This document shows positions 42,285 to 51,397 of a stretch of 64,000 nt of DNA, in pieces. How positions within the stretch are numbered: position 1 is the first letter of the stretch; every line of letters starts with the position of its first letter. The notes under the pieces were generated by a model. The model worked only from the letters and a program-made list of their open reading frames with translations. It had not been told where the DNA came from and searched no databases. The stretch lies in the NCBI GenBank assembly GCA_001805965.1, contig MHHG01000057.1:13514-77513 (forward strand), written 5' to 3'. Position numbers and translations under genes: made by a program. The stretch is from Omnitrophica WOR_2 bacterium RIFOXYA2_FULL_38_17 (lineage in GTDB: Bacteria > Omnitrophota > Gorgyraeia > Zapsychrales > Zapsychraceae).

Positions 42285-42322
42285 AAGATAAAGCCCCTTA
42301 TATAAATAAGGGGCCTTATCTT
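42285..42322 (-). terminator. Hairpin terminator after the YdbL-like gene
   Basis: aagataaagcccctta / taaggggccttatctt. Confidence 0.55.
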
Positions 42323-42347
42323 GGATCATGATTGTTATACAAAATTC

Positions 42348-42752
42348 CTACTTAGAAACCCAGCTGCCATCTTCTAATTGTATTTTTTCTCCAGCCTCAG
42401 CATTTTCTCTCTGTGTTTGAGCAAAAACCTTTTCTATAGTTCCCATAGCCTCAGTTAGTCCGTTTTGCACAGCAATGGTCCTATAAATAACCTTCCTATC
42501 AATATTCTCGGCAGTTACTATACTTTTAACTTCTTCTGTTGCCGATAAAGCTTCAACATATCCCTTATTATTCTCTCCTATTTTCCCCTCGCTCTTAAGT
42601 GAGCTAAGAGCATCATAACGGTCGCGCCTGCCTTCTAAGGCAGATTGAACTTCTGGCGTCATTTCTTTTATGCTGTATTTGCTTTGAGCTAGTGCCTGCC
42701 CGACAGACAAGGTGATCAAACATGCTAACACTAAAATAATAATTTTCTTCAT
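42348..42752 (-). CDS. YdbL (DUF1318) family periplasmic protein
   Basis: LKSEGKIGENNKGYV, VTAENIDR...IAVQNG, IQLEDGSW. Confidence 0.85.
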   Translation of the reverse strand: MKKIIILVLACLITLSVGQALAQSKYSIKEMTPEVQSALEGRRDRYDALSSLKSEGKIGENNKGYVEALSATEEVKSIVTAENIDRKVIYRTIAVQNGLTEAMGTIEKVFAQTQRENAEAGEKIQLEDGSWVSK

Positions 42753-42765
42753 CTATATATCCTCC

Positions 42766-42987
42766 TTATTTTTTAACAGGTAAAGCTTCTTTAGGCTTCT
42801 TTCCACTAACATAATCTTCAATGTCATTAGCCGTATTTTGCAAACCCTTAACATCAACAGTTATATGCGCATTGATCGTAATTGGCCTGTTTGGATCACC
42901 TACGGCCTTAACTGTACAACCGGCAAAACAAATAGCCAGCAATACCCACAAGATTCTTTGTTTATAAATATAATACATACGCTTCAT
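42766..42987 (-). CDS. YnbE-like lipoprotein
   Basis: Lipobox FAGC; PITINAHITVD; between YdbH-like and YdbL genes. Confidence 0.75.
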   Translation of the reverse strand: MKRMYYIYKQRILWVLLAICFAGCTVKAVGDPNRPITINAHITVDVKGLQNTANDIEDYVSGKKPKEALPVKK

Positions 42988-42993
42988 CCTTTC

Positions 42994-43992
42994 TTAAGAC
43001 TTTTTAAAAGAATATTTTAATAAATTTCTTATCCCTCCTTCTATATTAAAATCAACGGTTACATTAACATCCAAATTCATTTCTTTACTCTGCAATAAGA
43101 TATTAGAACTAAGGCTTTGATCATTTTCATTATAAACACGCACTTGGCCTTTATCCACCGCAAACAGCTCCCCTCTTTTTATCGCATTAATCAGCTTGTC
43201 AGTCTTCGCTTGATCCGGTATGTAAGCCATTAATGCTGCCAATAAAACTGCATTCAGCTCAGAACCCTGATTCATGTTAAAATCACACTCAATATTCTCG
43301 ATGCCACCCGCCAGACCATTTAAAAATATATTTCCAGATACTTTTCCTTTTACATTTGAAAGAACAGGAGGATAAATATGTTCAAGCATTGCAGAATTTA
43401 AACCTTCAAGCTGTAAATTTATTTTAAAATCCGGCTTATTCAAATAAACATCTGCATTGCCTTTGACAAAACCATCACAAGTTTCAAGATTTATATCAGA
43501 AAGCTCTATTTTTTCTTGGCTTATATTAATCTTAGACGTTGTGTCCTTTGCTATTACCCCTTGTACATCTATTCTCGATACCTTTAAACTTCCTTTAAAA
43601 TTATAACCTTGTTCTTGTTCTAATGTAATATCTGCATCTTCAATGTTTGACCCTTCCGATTTTAAATCCATGCCATTTAAATCGATTATTGAACCAAAGG
43701 TCTTTTCAGAGAACAATTTATACAAATTCACAACCCTAAATTCGTCTATATCAATACCATACAAAACATTATCGGAAACAAGATCCATTTCTATTTTCTT
43801 GATTGTCATCATGCCCAAAAAGCTGAATTTCTGTTGTGATACTTTGAAACTCTTTAAACTGAACCCAGAATCTGGTTGATTCGCGATAAAAGATATCATT
43901 GCAACAGTTGCTTGAGGCTTATTCAGGCCCCAATAAACTGCACCTGCAAACAATAGCAATATTAATAAAAGCCAAATAAATAATTTTTTCAT
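42994..43992 (-). CDS. YdbH/AsmA-like membrane-anchored beta-groove protein (short)
   Basis: N-terminal TM, beta-rich body, synteny with ynbE/ydbL-like genes. Confidence 0.6.
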   Translation of the reverse strand: MKKLFIWLLLILLLFAGAVYWGLNKPQATVAMISFIANQPDSGFSLKSFKVSQQKFSFLGMMTIKKIEMDLVSDNVLYGIDIDEFRVVNLYKLFSEKTFGSIIDLNGMDLKSEGSNIEDADITLEQEQGYNFKGSLKVSRIDVQGVIAKDTTSKINISQEKIELSDINLETCDGFVKGNADVYLNKPDFKINLQLEGLNSAMLEHIYPPVLSNVKGKVSGNIFLNGLAGGIENIECDFNMNQGSELNAVLLAALMAYIPDQAKTDKLINAIKRGELFAVDKGQVRVYNENDQSLSSNILLQSKEMNLDVNVTVDFNIEGGIRNLLKYSFKKS

Positions 43993-44046
43993 TATGTGAA
44001 ATTTATATCATTTCAACAAAATTTAATAGCAAGCCTGTCTTAAATT

Positions 44047-44703
44047 CTAAGTTTCTTCAGTATCTATCATCCTCTTCGCTCCAAAAACCAACGTAAGCAA
44101 AAAACAAACAATTCCAAGAATATAAAAGAAACCACTATAACGTTCAATCAATAATCCTTTTTCTGTCTTATAAAAATCAGCTTTTTCCTTTTCATACTGT
44201 TCTAGCTCTTTCATCAGCGGCATTCTTTGCTTCCATAGTTCTTTTCCTTCAACATCATCCACAAATCCACCCCGTTCTGCTGCAACCTTCACTTTTTCCT
44301 CCTCTAGAGAAAGCCTTTCTTTTTCTATGGCCCTGCTCTCAGCCAAATAATCTGCATACTTGCCAACTGGACGCGCATTCCCCCAAAACCCTTTTCTTAT
44401 CACCTCATTAGGACCTATTGATTCATAAAGGCGATCATTATCCTCACTCCTTATCTTAAGGTCTTCCTCTTTCTTTTCAATTGAAAGATACCAAGCTCGG
44501 CCATCTTTATCCTTTCCCAATAAAATATCGTATAACTTCCTGTCGATTTTCTCAATTTTACCTTGTAAAACACCTATATTGCTAAATATGGGTGGCGCTA
44601 AGACTTTTTCTGACAAAAAGAATGATATTGGGCACATCAGCATTATTATAATTTGAAACAAACAACCGATCTTAATTCTTTTTTTATTTTGTTTTTTATT
44701 CAT
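44047..44703 (-). CDS. Hypothetical 2-TM coiled-coil protein (paralog of 45445..46095)
   Basis: Shared GCL, KLY, LY.SI, KG, PVGKY, ERG..VD, LW.QR.P, KG.L motifs. Confidence 0.7.
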   Translation of the reverse strand: MNKKQNKKRIKIGCLFQIIIMLMCPISFFLSEKVLAPPIFSNIGVLQGKIEKIDRKLYDILLGKDKDGRAWYLSIEKKEEDLKIRSEDNDRLYESIGPNEVIRKGFWGNARPVGKYADYLAESRAIEKERLSLEEEKVKVAAERGGFVDDVEGKELWKQRMPLMKELEQYEKEKADFYKTEKGLLIERYSGFFYILGIVCFLLTLVFGAKRMIDTEET

Positions 44704-44762
44704 AATTAAATCCAGGTATATAGCCAGTTTTGGCTAATTAAAGAACTAGTTCTTACATAATA

Positions 44763-45350
44763 TTATAAATTACAAAAAGGGCAGCGTGTTCGATATTGTT
44801 CATAGTTCAATCCGCATGAACCACAAGCCTTCATTTCTTCGATCTCTTTTTTTTGACTGCCAAATGATTTTTTACCGTATGCTCCGGGATACGCCCTTTG
44901 AACTTCTACCATACAATCCGGGCACATACCATAACCGCCGGATGGGTCAGTTAACGGTAACCTGACATAACATCTGTCACAAAACATCTTTGCGCATTTA
45001 GGACAAAAATAAAAGTCATTGCCGCCCATAAGCACCAAAGATTCACTAGTTGTAGATTTATTGCATGATTCACAACTTGCAGCCATTATCATCTCAGGAG
45101 TAACTCTTAGAACAGATTTTCTAGCATCATATATTATCTCTACATCATGGCAATATGGGCTGTTCAAATAACCATTAACTTCCTCTTCCATATGGCAAGT
45201 GCCAAAATTACTATAATCCCTAGCCGTTGATGAACTCTTATATCTCACAATAACTACATAGCCATCCCTCTTAGCCATCTCATTAGCGATCTCAGGATCC
45301 GTTTTTCCAGGATATTTCTCTCTTAGGTACTCTATGCCGATAGAGCTCAT
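44763..45350 (-). CDS. Cys-rich zinc-finger-like hypothetical protein
   Basis: Six CxxC pairs (CESC, CPKC, CDRC, CPDC, CGSC, CPFC). Confidence 0.7.
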   Translation of the reverse strand: MSSIGIEYLREKYPGKTDPEIANEMAKRDGYVVIVRYKSSSTARDYSNFGTCHMEEEVNGYLNSPYCHDVEIIYDARKSVLRVTPEMIMAASCESCNKSTTSESLVLMGGNDFYFCPKCAKMFCDRCYVRLPLTDPSGGYGMCPDCMVEVQRAYPGAYGKKSFGSQKKEIEEMKACGSCGLNYEQYRTRCPFCNL

Positions 45351-45444
45351 AACAATCCCCTTTCAGCTAAACTTTGACACAAATAAAATACTTTCAAGAT
45401 TTGTTTCTTCAATTTAATATCTTTGGTTTATTTTTCAATAATGA

Positions 45445-46095
45445 TCAGTCCGTTATACCAGCAAAACCGGTCATAGCACCTAAAATACCTAACACTCCTA
45501 AGATAATAAAAAAGCCACTAATAAAATTATTTAATCTTCCCTTTGGGGATTTATTATATTCCTCTATTCGTCCCTCATATTCATCAATATCCTTCACAAA
45601 AGGTAGTCTTTGAGCCCAAAGAGCTTTAACTTCTTCATTGTCAACAAGCGGCCCTCTTTCTTTAACAATGCGATTCTTTTCACTTTGCCATTTAATACGA
45701 TCTTTGGCTATTTGCTCCCTTAATTTAACCACTTTCTTATATTTTCCTACGGGTGCCAATGAACCAGAACCTAATCCTTTTTTAATGATCTCCCCTTCAG
45801 GAATTGAATCGTAAAGAATATCTGCTTGCTGTGTCTTCCAATTCAGATCAAAATCCTCTTTTTTTATCGCTGCATATAGGTCCGCCTTCTCAATATCAAC
45901 TCTCTCAAGAACTTCATATAATTTTTCATATATTTCTGAAATTTTAGAAATTTGAGGGCTAATGTTTCCAAATGAAGGACGCTGAAACTTAGGAAAGATA
46001 TTAAATGATATAATAACTGTAACAATAGAGATTATAATGACTAAACATCCAAACTTTTTATTTTTTTGTCTTTTGTTTTTAATTATTGTTCCCAA
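45445..46095 (-). CDS. Hypothetical 2-TM coiled-coil protein (paralog of 44047..44703)
   Basis: Same motifs as its paralog; TTG start behind AGGAG. Confidence 0.7.
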   Translation of the reverse strand: MGTIIKNKRQKNKKFGCLVIIISIVTVIISFNIFPKFQRPSFGNISPQISKISEIYEKLYEVLERVDIEKADLYAAIKKEDFDLNWKTQQADILYDSIPEGEIIKKGLGSGSLAPVGKYKKVVKLREQIAKDRIKWQSEKNRIVKERGPLVDNEEVKALWAQRLPFVKDIDEYEGRIEEYNKSPKGRLNNFISGFFIILGVLGILGAMTGFAGITD

Positions 46096-46246
46096 AGCAT
46101 TCTCCTTTTATACATAATAATTTCAAAAGCTATAACCCCTTCACTGGTCATTAACAATTGAAATTGAAACTTCAATCAGTATATTCTATATATTCACAAG
46201 TATATTAGCAATCGCTATTTATGTACTTTGGTCAAGATCAAATGGC

Positions 46247-46285
46247 AAAAAAAATACCCCTAGGTCCCTAGAGGTTATTTTTTTT
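46247..46285 (-). terminator. Expression-platform terminator of riboswitch 3
   Basis: AAUAACCUCUAG / CUAGGGGUAUUUUUUUU on minus. Confidence 0.7.
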
Positions 46286-46289
46286 AAAT

Positions 46290-46473
46290 TAAGCCGATAA
46301 AGATGGGATCTGTGTCCCACCGCACTTCGGCAACTCAGCCACCATATCGCCCGTCAACCGCGCTCATTATCTTTATTTGCCCCATAACTTCAGTGGGCCT
46401 TCCCGGTCTTAAACGACTTCAGGTCTGTAGTTTTGTGCCCTCGGGTTTCCCGGAGTTTACCTTTATCGGCTTA
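46290..46473 (-). ncRNA. c-di-GMP-I riboswitch 3 with extended P3 insertion
   Basis: GGUAAACUCCGG GAAA CCCGAGGGCACAAAACUACAGACCUGAAG...(insert)...UAUGGUGGCUGAGUUGCCGA. Confidence 0.8.
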
Positions 46474-46478
46474 GTTCA

Positions 46479-46507
46479 AATATAACATATAAAACCTCGT
46501 CTTACAA
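46479..46507 (-). promoter_or_regulatory. Sigma70-type promoter of riboswitch 3
   Basis: TTGTAA-N17-TATATT with TG extension; predicted start near 46473. Confidence 0.6.
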
Positions 46508-46656
46508 ATGAACAACACAAATTTTTTATTAATCTGACCTTTTTTCATGCAAAATTTGAGCCTAAACCACGTCGATAATTGAAATTCTCCTATAAAATTA
46601 TTAAAAATTGATTTAGAATGATAATAAAGAATAATACTTTATAGGAGAATATTAAT

Positions 46657-47856
46657 ATGAGAAGCATTGAGACCTTAGAGCAATTTTATGAACTAATGCA
46701 CGAGACAAAATCAACCAGAAGAGTATTATCCTGCCTTCATTTTAGGAATGAACCTTATTCAGATGCCCATATTGCACCTCTTAAGGAAGCATTAATGTAT
46801 TTAAATAGGATTCCGGAAGCAAATGGTCAAAAATGCCTTAAAATTAATGATAAAAAAACCATCCATCTTGACCTTGCATATGAGATCGGGGAGCTAAAGA
46901 AGGATATTTTTTTTCTTGAAAATAACGAGCCTGATTTCTTTAAAATGCTTTCTAACCTTCATGAAAACTTTAACAAAGAAGTATCAGAAGGCGTTAACAA
47001 ATTAAAAGATATCCATTTCAAGGTATTTATTACAGATCGCGATGGGACTGTTAACAATTATTGCGGACGGTATGCCTCTTCTATCCAGTCCGCATATAAT
47101 GCAGTTTTCCTATCGCGCTTTGCACAATGCTGTGCTGATAATTCAATAATCCTTACATCTGCTCCTCTTGATAACATCGGGCTTGTGGATCTAAGCGTAT
47201 CCCCAAAGAATGCTTTTGTCTTTGCAGGATCAAAAGGCCGTGAATACTTCAATAAAGAAGGCAGAAGGTGCCAATTCCCTATTGCCCAAGAAAAGCAAAA
47301 TATCCTCAATATACTCAATGAAAGATTGGGCAAGCTTGTAAAAGAACCAAAATACCTGCAATTTTTCTTAATAGGCTCAGGACTACAATATAAATTTGGA
47401 CAGACAACCATAACAAGGCAGGATATTACCAAGACAATTCCTGAAGATGAATCCTTAGCCTTTAAAGAAACTATCGAAAACATTATTAAAGAGATCGACC
47501 CTGAAAGTAAATATTTTAGAATTGAAGATACCGGAAAAGACCTTGAACTTATATTGACCATTCAAAGCAGCAATGATTCTAAAGATCTCAAGGACTTTGA
47601 TAAAGGCGATGGGGTCCTTTTCCTTAATAACGATTTAAAATTAGGTATGGAAGCCGGCCCCAATCTTATATGCGGAGACACAAGCTCGGACATACCAATG
47701 ATATCATCTGCAATTGATAAATCCGATGATGTCTATTCGATTTTTGTAACTAAGGATGATGCTTTAAAAGAAAAGGTTAAAAACACCTGCAGGAATTCAA
47801 TAATAGTTTCTGAACCCGATATCTTAGTAACTATACTCAATAATTTAGCGCAATAA
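46657..47856 (+). CDS. HAD-family trehalose-6-phosphate phosphatase-like protein
   Basis: FITDRDGT motif I, NYCGRYASSIQ, LTSAPL, FDKGDG, CGDTSSD; helical N-terminal domain. Confidence 0.75.
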   Translation: MRSIETLEQFYELMHETKSTRRVLSCLHFRNEPYSDAHIAPLKEALMYLNRIPEANGQKCLKINDKKTIHLDLAYEIGELKKDIFFLENNEPDFFKMLSNLHENFNKEVSEGVNKLKDIHFKVFITDRDGTVNNYCGRYASSIQSAYNAVFLSRFAQCCADNSIILTSAPLDNIGLVDLSVSPKNAFVFAGSKGREYFNKEGRRCQFPIAQEKQNILNILNERLGKLVKEPKYLQFFLIGSGLQYKFGQTTITRQDITKTIPEDESLAFKETIENIIKEIDPESKYFRIEDTGKDLELILTIQSSNDSKDLKDFDKGDGVLFLNNDLKLGMEAGPNLICGDTSSDIPMISSAIDKSDDVYSIFVTKDDALKEKVKNTCRNSIIVSEPDILVTILNNLAQ

Positions 47857-47887
47857 AAAAGGGGACAGAGCTTTGGCTCTGTCCCCG
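47857..47887. terminator. Terminator between convergent genes
   Basis: ggggacagagc / gctctgtcccc perfect stem. Confidence 0.7.
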
Positions 47888-47900
47888 ATAAAACAATATA

Positions 47901-48287
47901 TTAGCTTTCCCCTTCTTTAGCCAACCACATTTCAATCTCTTTATAGAAAGCCGCTCTTTCCTCTTCTCCCTCTATCTCTATCTTCACTGCAGTTTCAAAG
48001 AAATTTGCCAATTTCCTGGAACTCTCAGACCTAACAACTACCCCAACATAACCACTTTCCATATGCATTAAAGGATTACTGACTTTCATCGTCAGGGTTG
48101 CACCCACCGTATACTGTTTTTGAGAATTAAAACATATGCCTGTAACACTGATGTTAGTGGAAGTAGCAACTTCCCATCCATCAACCTCAGGCACTGGGTC
48201 AATCTGCTTAAACCGTATAAGGTGCGGCTTAGTGATCCTTTTTCCTACCCTTTTATGATCGTATTCAGCCATATTCTTTACTCCCAT
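47901..48287 (-). CDS. PilZ-domain protein
   Basis: RxxxR (RVGKR) and NISVTG (D/NxSxxG); VVRS. Confidence 0.8.
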   Translation of the reverse strand: MGVKNMAEYDHKRVGKRITKPHLIRFKQIDPVPEVDGWEVATSTNISVTGICFNSQKQYTVGATLTMKVSNPLMHMESGYVGVVVRSESSRKLANFFETAVKIEIEGEEERAAFYKEIEMWLAKEGES

Positions 48288-48342
48288 TTTATAATTTTAA
48301 AAACAACATTTATATTATAACTGAAAAATCAAAATTTACGAA

Positions 48343-48957
48343 TTAAAAACTGCTAATATTCTCAAAGAAAGACCTTATTAAACGTGGATTCTTTATCCCT
48401 GGTGCAGTTTCAAGTCCGCTAGAAACATCAACTGCAAACGGATTAACCTGGCCAACCGCTTCTTTTACATTATCAGGATTCAATCCTCCCGACAATATGA
48501 TCGGCTTATCAAATTTTTCTTTGCTAATGAGGTCCCAATTAAACTTTTCTCCAGTCCCCCCATAAGCATCCTTTTGATACGCATCAAACAAATACGCATC
48601 AACTTTATACTTCTTTACCTCTTCTGGAAGGAACACGGCTCCCACCCTAAAAGCTTTAATTATCTTTAAATCCTTAAACCGCTTACAATAAACCGTTGTT
48701 TCATCTCCGTGAAACTGAACGGTATTGATCCTCGTGAATCTGCACACATCAATGACCGCACGCTCTTTTTGATCCACAAAAACACCAACAGGGGTAATGA
48801 AAGGCGGCAATGCCTCAATTATTTTTCTGGCCTTGCTTGGCGAAACATACCTGGGGCTTTTCTTGTAAAAAATAAAACCTAATGCATATGCCCCATAATA
48901 AACTGCTTTTAAAGCATCTTCCGTATTTGTAATTCCACAAACCTTAACTTTTACCAT
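48343..48957 (-). CDS. trpF: Phosphoribosylanthranilate isomerase
   Basis: VKVCGIT, QFHGDE, GGTG, LSGGL, VDVSSG. Confidence 0.95.
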   Translation of the reverse strand: MVKVKVCGITNTEDALKAVYYGAYALGFIFYKKSPRYVSPSKARKIIEALPPFITPVGVFVDQKERAVIDVCRFTRINTVQFHGDETTVYCKRFKDLKIIKAFRVGAVFLPEEVKKYKVDAYLFDAYQKDAYGGTGEKFNWDLISKEKFDKPIILSGGLNPDNVKEAVGQVNPFAVDVSSGLETAPGIKNPRLIRSFFENISSF

Positions 48958-49735
48958 ATATCACTTCCTGTATTTTTTTACCGATATCCTGTTCTCTCAT
49001 AAAAGTCTCACCTATTAGAACAGCATTCGCACCTAACTTATAAATTTTATTTATATCCTCATGCGTTTTAATTCCACTTTCAACCACTATGACTTTTTCC
49101 CTCGGTATCTTGCCTATTAATCTTTCTGAAATACCAAGATCCACATCAAAGGTCTTAAGGTCCCTGTTGTTTATCCCTATTATTTCTGCATCAGCAAATA
49201 AAGCCCTTGCCAGCTCTTTTTCATTATGTATTTCAACTAAACAATCAATATCCAACCTTGATGCAAGCTCAATAAATCTTCTTAAAGTGTCATCATCTAA
49301 AGCTGCAACTATCAACAATATGGCACTTGCACCATGAACTCGCGCTTCATAAATTTGCCCTTCATCAACAAAAAAATCCTTCTGGAGAACAGGCACGTTT
49401 GTATTGTTTGAAACATCTTCCAGATAGCGCATATCACCAAGAAAATATTTATCCTCAGTCAGAACAGAGATAGCTGCAGCACCATTTTCCTGATAAGCCT
49501 TTGCGATCTCTAAACAATTGAAGTCTTTTCTTATAACACCTTTGGAAGGTGATGCTTTTTTTATTTCTGCAATAAGATTCAGCTTCCCGGGTTCAGAAAT
49601 TTTCTTTTTAAATATCTCATAGTGTGTATACTCAGAGCCTTTAAGCTTCTCCTTAATTATCTCATATGCTGCTTGGCGACTTTTAACAAGCTCTTTCTTG
49701 TAAGCAAGAATCTCTTCTAGAAATTTTTCACTCAA
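48944..49735 (-). CDS. trpC: Indole-3-glycerol phosphate synthase
   Basis: IAEIKKASPSKG, SVLTE, GINNRDL, ESGI, LIGE. Confidence 0.95.
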   Translation of the reverse strand: MSEKFLEEILAYKKELVKSRQAAYEIIKEKLKGSEYTHYEIFKKKISEPGKLNLIAEIKKASPSKGVIRKDFNCLEIAKAYQENGAAAISVLTEDKYFLGDMRYLEDVSNNTNVPVLQKDFFVDEGQIYEARVHGASAILLIVAALDDDTLRRFIELASRLDIDCLVEIHNEKELARALFADAEIIGINNRDLKTFDVDLGISERLIGKIPREKVIVVESGIKTHEDINKIYKLGANAVLIGETFMREQDIGKKIQEVIYGKS

Positions 49736-50790
49736 TTCAAATTTCCTTTATTAACTAAAGGGATGCGTTCTGTAAAGTTCTTCAGATCCTCTAACTTTTT
49801 TCGTGCCTTGCCGCTATCAATTGATTCTCTTGCAAGACTTAGGCCTTCATTAATTGATTTTGCTTTATCTGCTATATAAAGCGCATATGCTGCATTTATA
49901 AGGACTATATCCCGTTTCGGACCCCGCTCTCCGTCTAGGATAGTTTCAAATATCTTCAGATTCTCTTTCAGGTCGCCACCCTCAAGGTCTCTAAGCTTGG
50001 AACGTGATATGCCTATCTCTTCGGGATCAATATCATATGAAATAACTTCCTTGCCATTATACTCTGCAATAAATGTTTTATCTGTCGTTGTGATCTCATC
50101 TAAACCATCATTTCCATGAACAACCACTGCCTTCTTTAAACCTAAATTCTTTAAAACATTTGCGAGTGGCTCAACATAATCCCTTTTATAAACTCCCATG
50201 ATCTGATGCGTTGCCTTCGCCGGATTAGTTAGCGGGCCTAGAATATTAAATATCGTTTCTACTCCAAGCTCCTTTCTAACAGGCGCAACATATTTCATTG
50301 AAGGATGATGCATTTGAGCAAACAAAAAAACAATGCCGACATCATCTAAACATTCACCGGCATACTGCTCCCCGATCTTTAAATTAATCCCTGCAGCCTC
50401 AAGAACATCCGCGCTTCCACACTTACTTGAAACTGAACGGTTACCATGTTTTGCAACAGGCACGCCTGCTCCGGCAACAACAAAAGCTGCTGTTGTAGAA
50501 ATATTAAAAGTATTCTTTTTGTCGCCACCTGTCCCGCAAGTATCCAGGACTGTTCTATGATGCGTTTCAATACCAACAACAAATTTGCGCATAATCTTTG
50601 CAGCTCCAGTTATCTCATCTATTGTCGGACCTTTTGCCCTTAATGCAAGCAGGAACTCAGCAACCTCGTTCTTTGATGCTTCCCCAGACATTATCTGCTG
50701 CATAACCATTTCAATCTCTTCTCTGGTCAAGCTGAACTTATCTTTGATCTTTTCAATATGCTCTTTCATAATGGTCTCCAAAAAAAACAA
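49732..50790 (-). CDS. trpD: Anthranilate phosphoribosyltransferase
   Basis: DTCGTGGD, FNIST, KHGNRSVSSKCGSAD, GLDE. Confidence 0.96.
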   Translation of the reverse strand: MFFLETIMKEHIEKIKDKFSLTREEIEMVMQQIMSGEASKNEVAEFLLALRAKGPTIDEITGAAKIMRKFVVGIETHHRTVLDTCGTGGDKKNTFNISTTAAFVVAGAGVPVAKHGNRSVSSKCGSADVLEAAGINLKIGEQYAGECLDDVGIVFLFAQMHHPSMKYVAPVRKELGVETIFNILGPLTNPAKATHQIMGVYKRDYVEPLANVLKNLGLKKAVVVHGNDGLDEITTTDKTFIAEYNGKEVISYDIDPEEIGISRSKLRDLEGGDLKENLKIFETILDGERGPKRDIVLINAAYALYIADKAKSINEGLSLARESIDSGKARKKLEDLKNFTERIPLVNKGNLN

Positions 50791-50802
50791 TTAGAAATAA
50801 AG

Positions 50803-51366
50803 TTATAGTTTTAAGAAATTGTTCAATATCTTCTTGCCTTCAGTTGTCAAAATAGATTCAGGATGGAACTGGACACCCCACAAATTATAACTTTTATGAT
50901 GTATTCCCATTATCTCGCCGTCATCTGATCTAGCAATAACGTTAAGACACTCAGGCATTGTTTTTTTATCTGCAACAAGAGAATGGTATCTTGTTGCTTC
51001 GAAGGGATTTGCGACATCCTTAAATATACCTTGATTGTCATGCTCAATCATTGAAGTTTTACCATGCATCAGTTTTTTTGCCCTAACAATCTTTCCGCCA
51101 TATGCATAACAAATAGCCTGATGTCCTAAACATACGCCTAAAACAGGTATTTTGTCCGCAAATTCTTTTATTATATCAACCGATATACCTGCCGCCTCAG
51201 GCCTTCCCGGCCCGGGAGAGATCACTATCTTTTCAGGTTTCATCATATTAATATCTTCAATTGAAATCTCATCATTCCTGAAAACTTTTAAATCTGCCCC
51301 TAGTTCACCAAAATACTGAACAAGGTTGTATGTAAACGAATCGTAATTATCTATCATTAATAACAT
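50803..51366 (-). CDS. trpG: Anthranilate/aminodeoxychorismate synthase component II
   Basis: IDNYDSFTYNL, SPGPG, GVCLGHQ, QFHPES. Confidence 0.9.
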   Translation of the reverse strand: MLLMIDNYDSFTYNLVQYFGELGADLKVFRNDEISIEDINMMKPEKIVISPGPGRPEAAGISVDIIKEFADKIPVLGVCLGHQAICYAYGGKIVRAKKLMHGKTSMIEHDNQGIFKDVANPFEATRYHSLVADKKTMPECLNVIARSDDGEIMGIHHKSYNLWGVQFHPESILTTEGKKILNNFLKL

Positions 51367-51397
51367 GATAATGCTCCTTTATCTTATCAATACATGA

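Noticed and set aside
38969-45350. Multiheme cytochromes among the Cys-rich proteins
   Set aside because: No CxxCH motifs.
46346-46417. Hammerhead or SAM-I aptamer inside the riboswitch 3 insert
   Set aside because: No CUGANGA/GAAA core; GGGAAGGCCCACUGAAG resembles SAM-I P2 only, and the P1/P3/P4 signatures are missing.
38817-46473. cGAMP-specific GEMM-Ib variants
   Set aside because: All three aptamers have G, not A, immediately before G(C/U)AAAC.
46303-46485. 60-aa plus-strand ORF
   Set aside because: It is the reverse complement of riboswitch 3.
46548-46564. Sigma54-like GG-N10-GC site
   Set aside because: Poor TGGCAC match; a good sigma70 promoter sits directly before the riboswitch.
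48343-51366. trp cluster lacking trpE, trpB and trpA
   Set aside because: Split trp operons are common; the missing genes may lie elsewhere.
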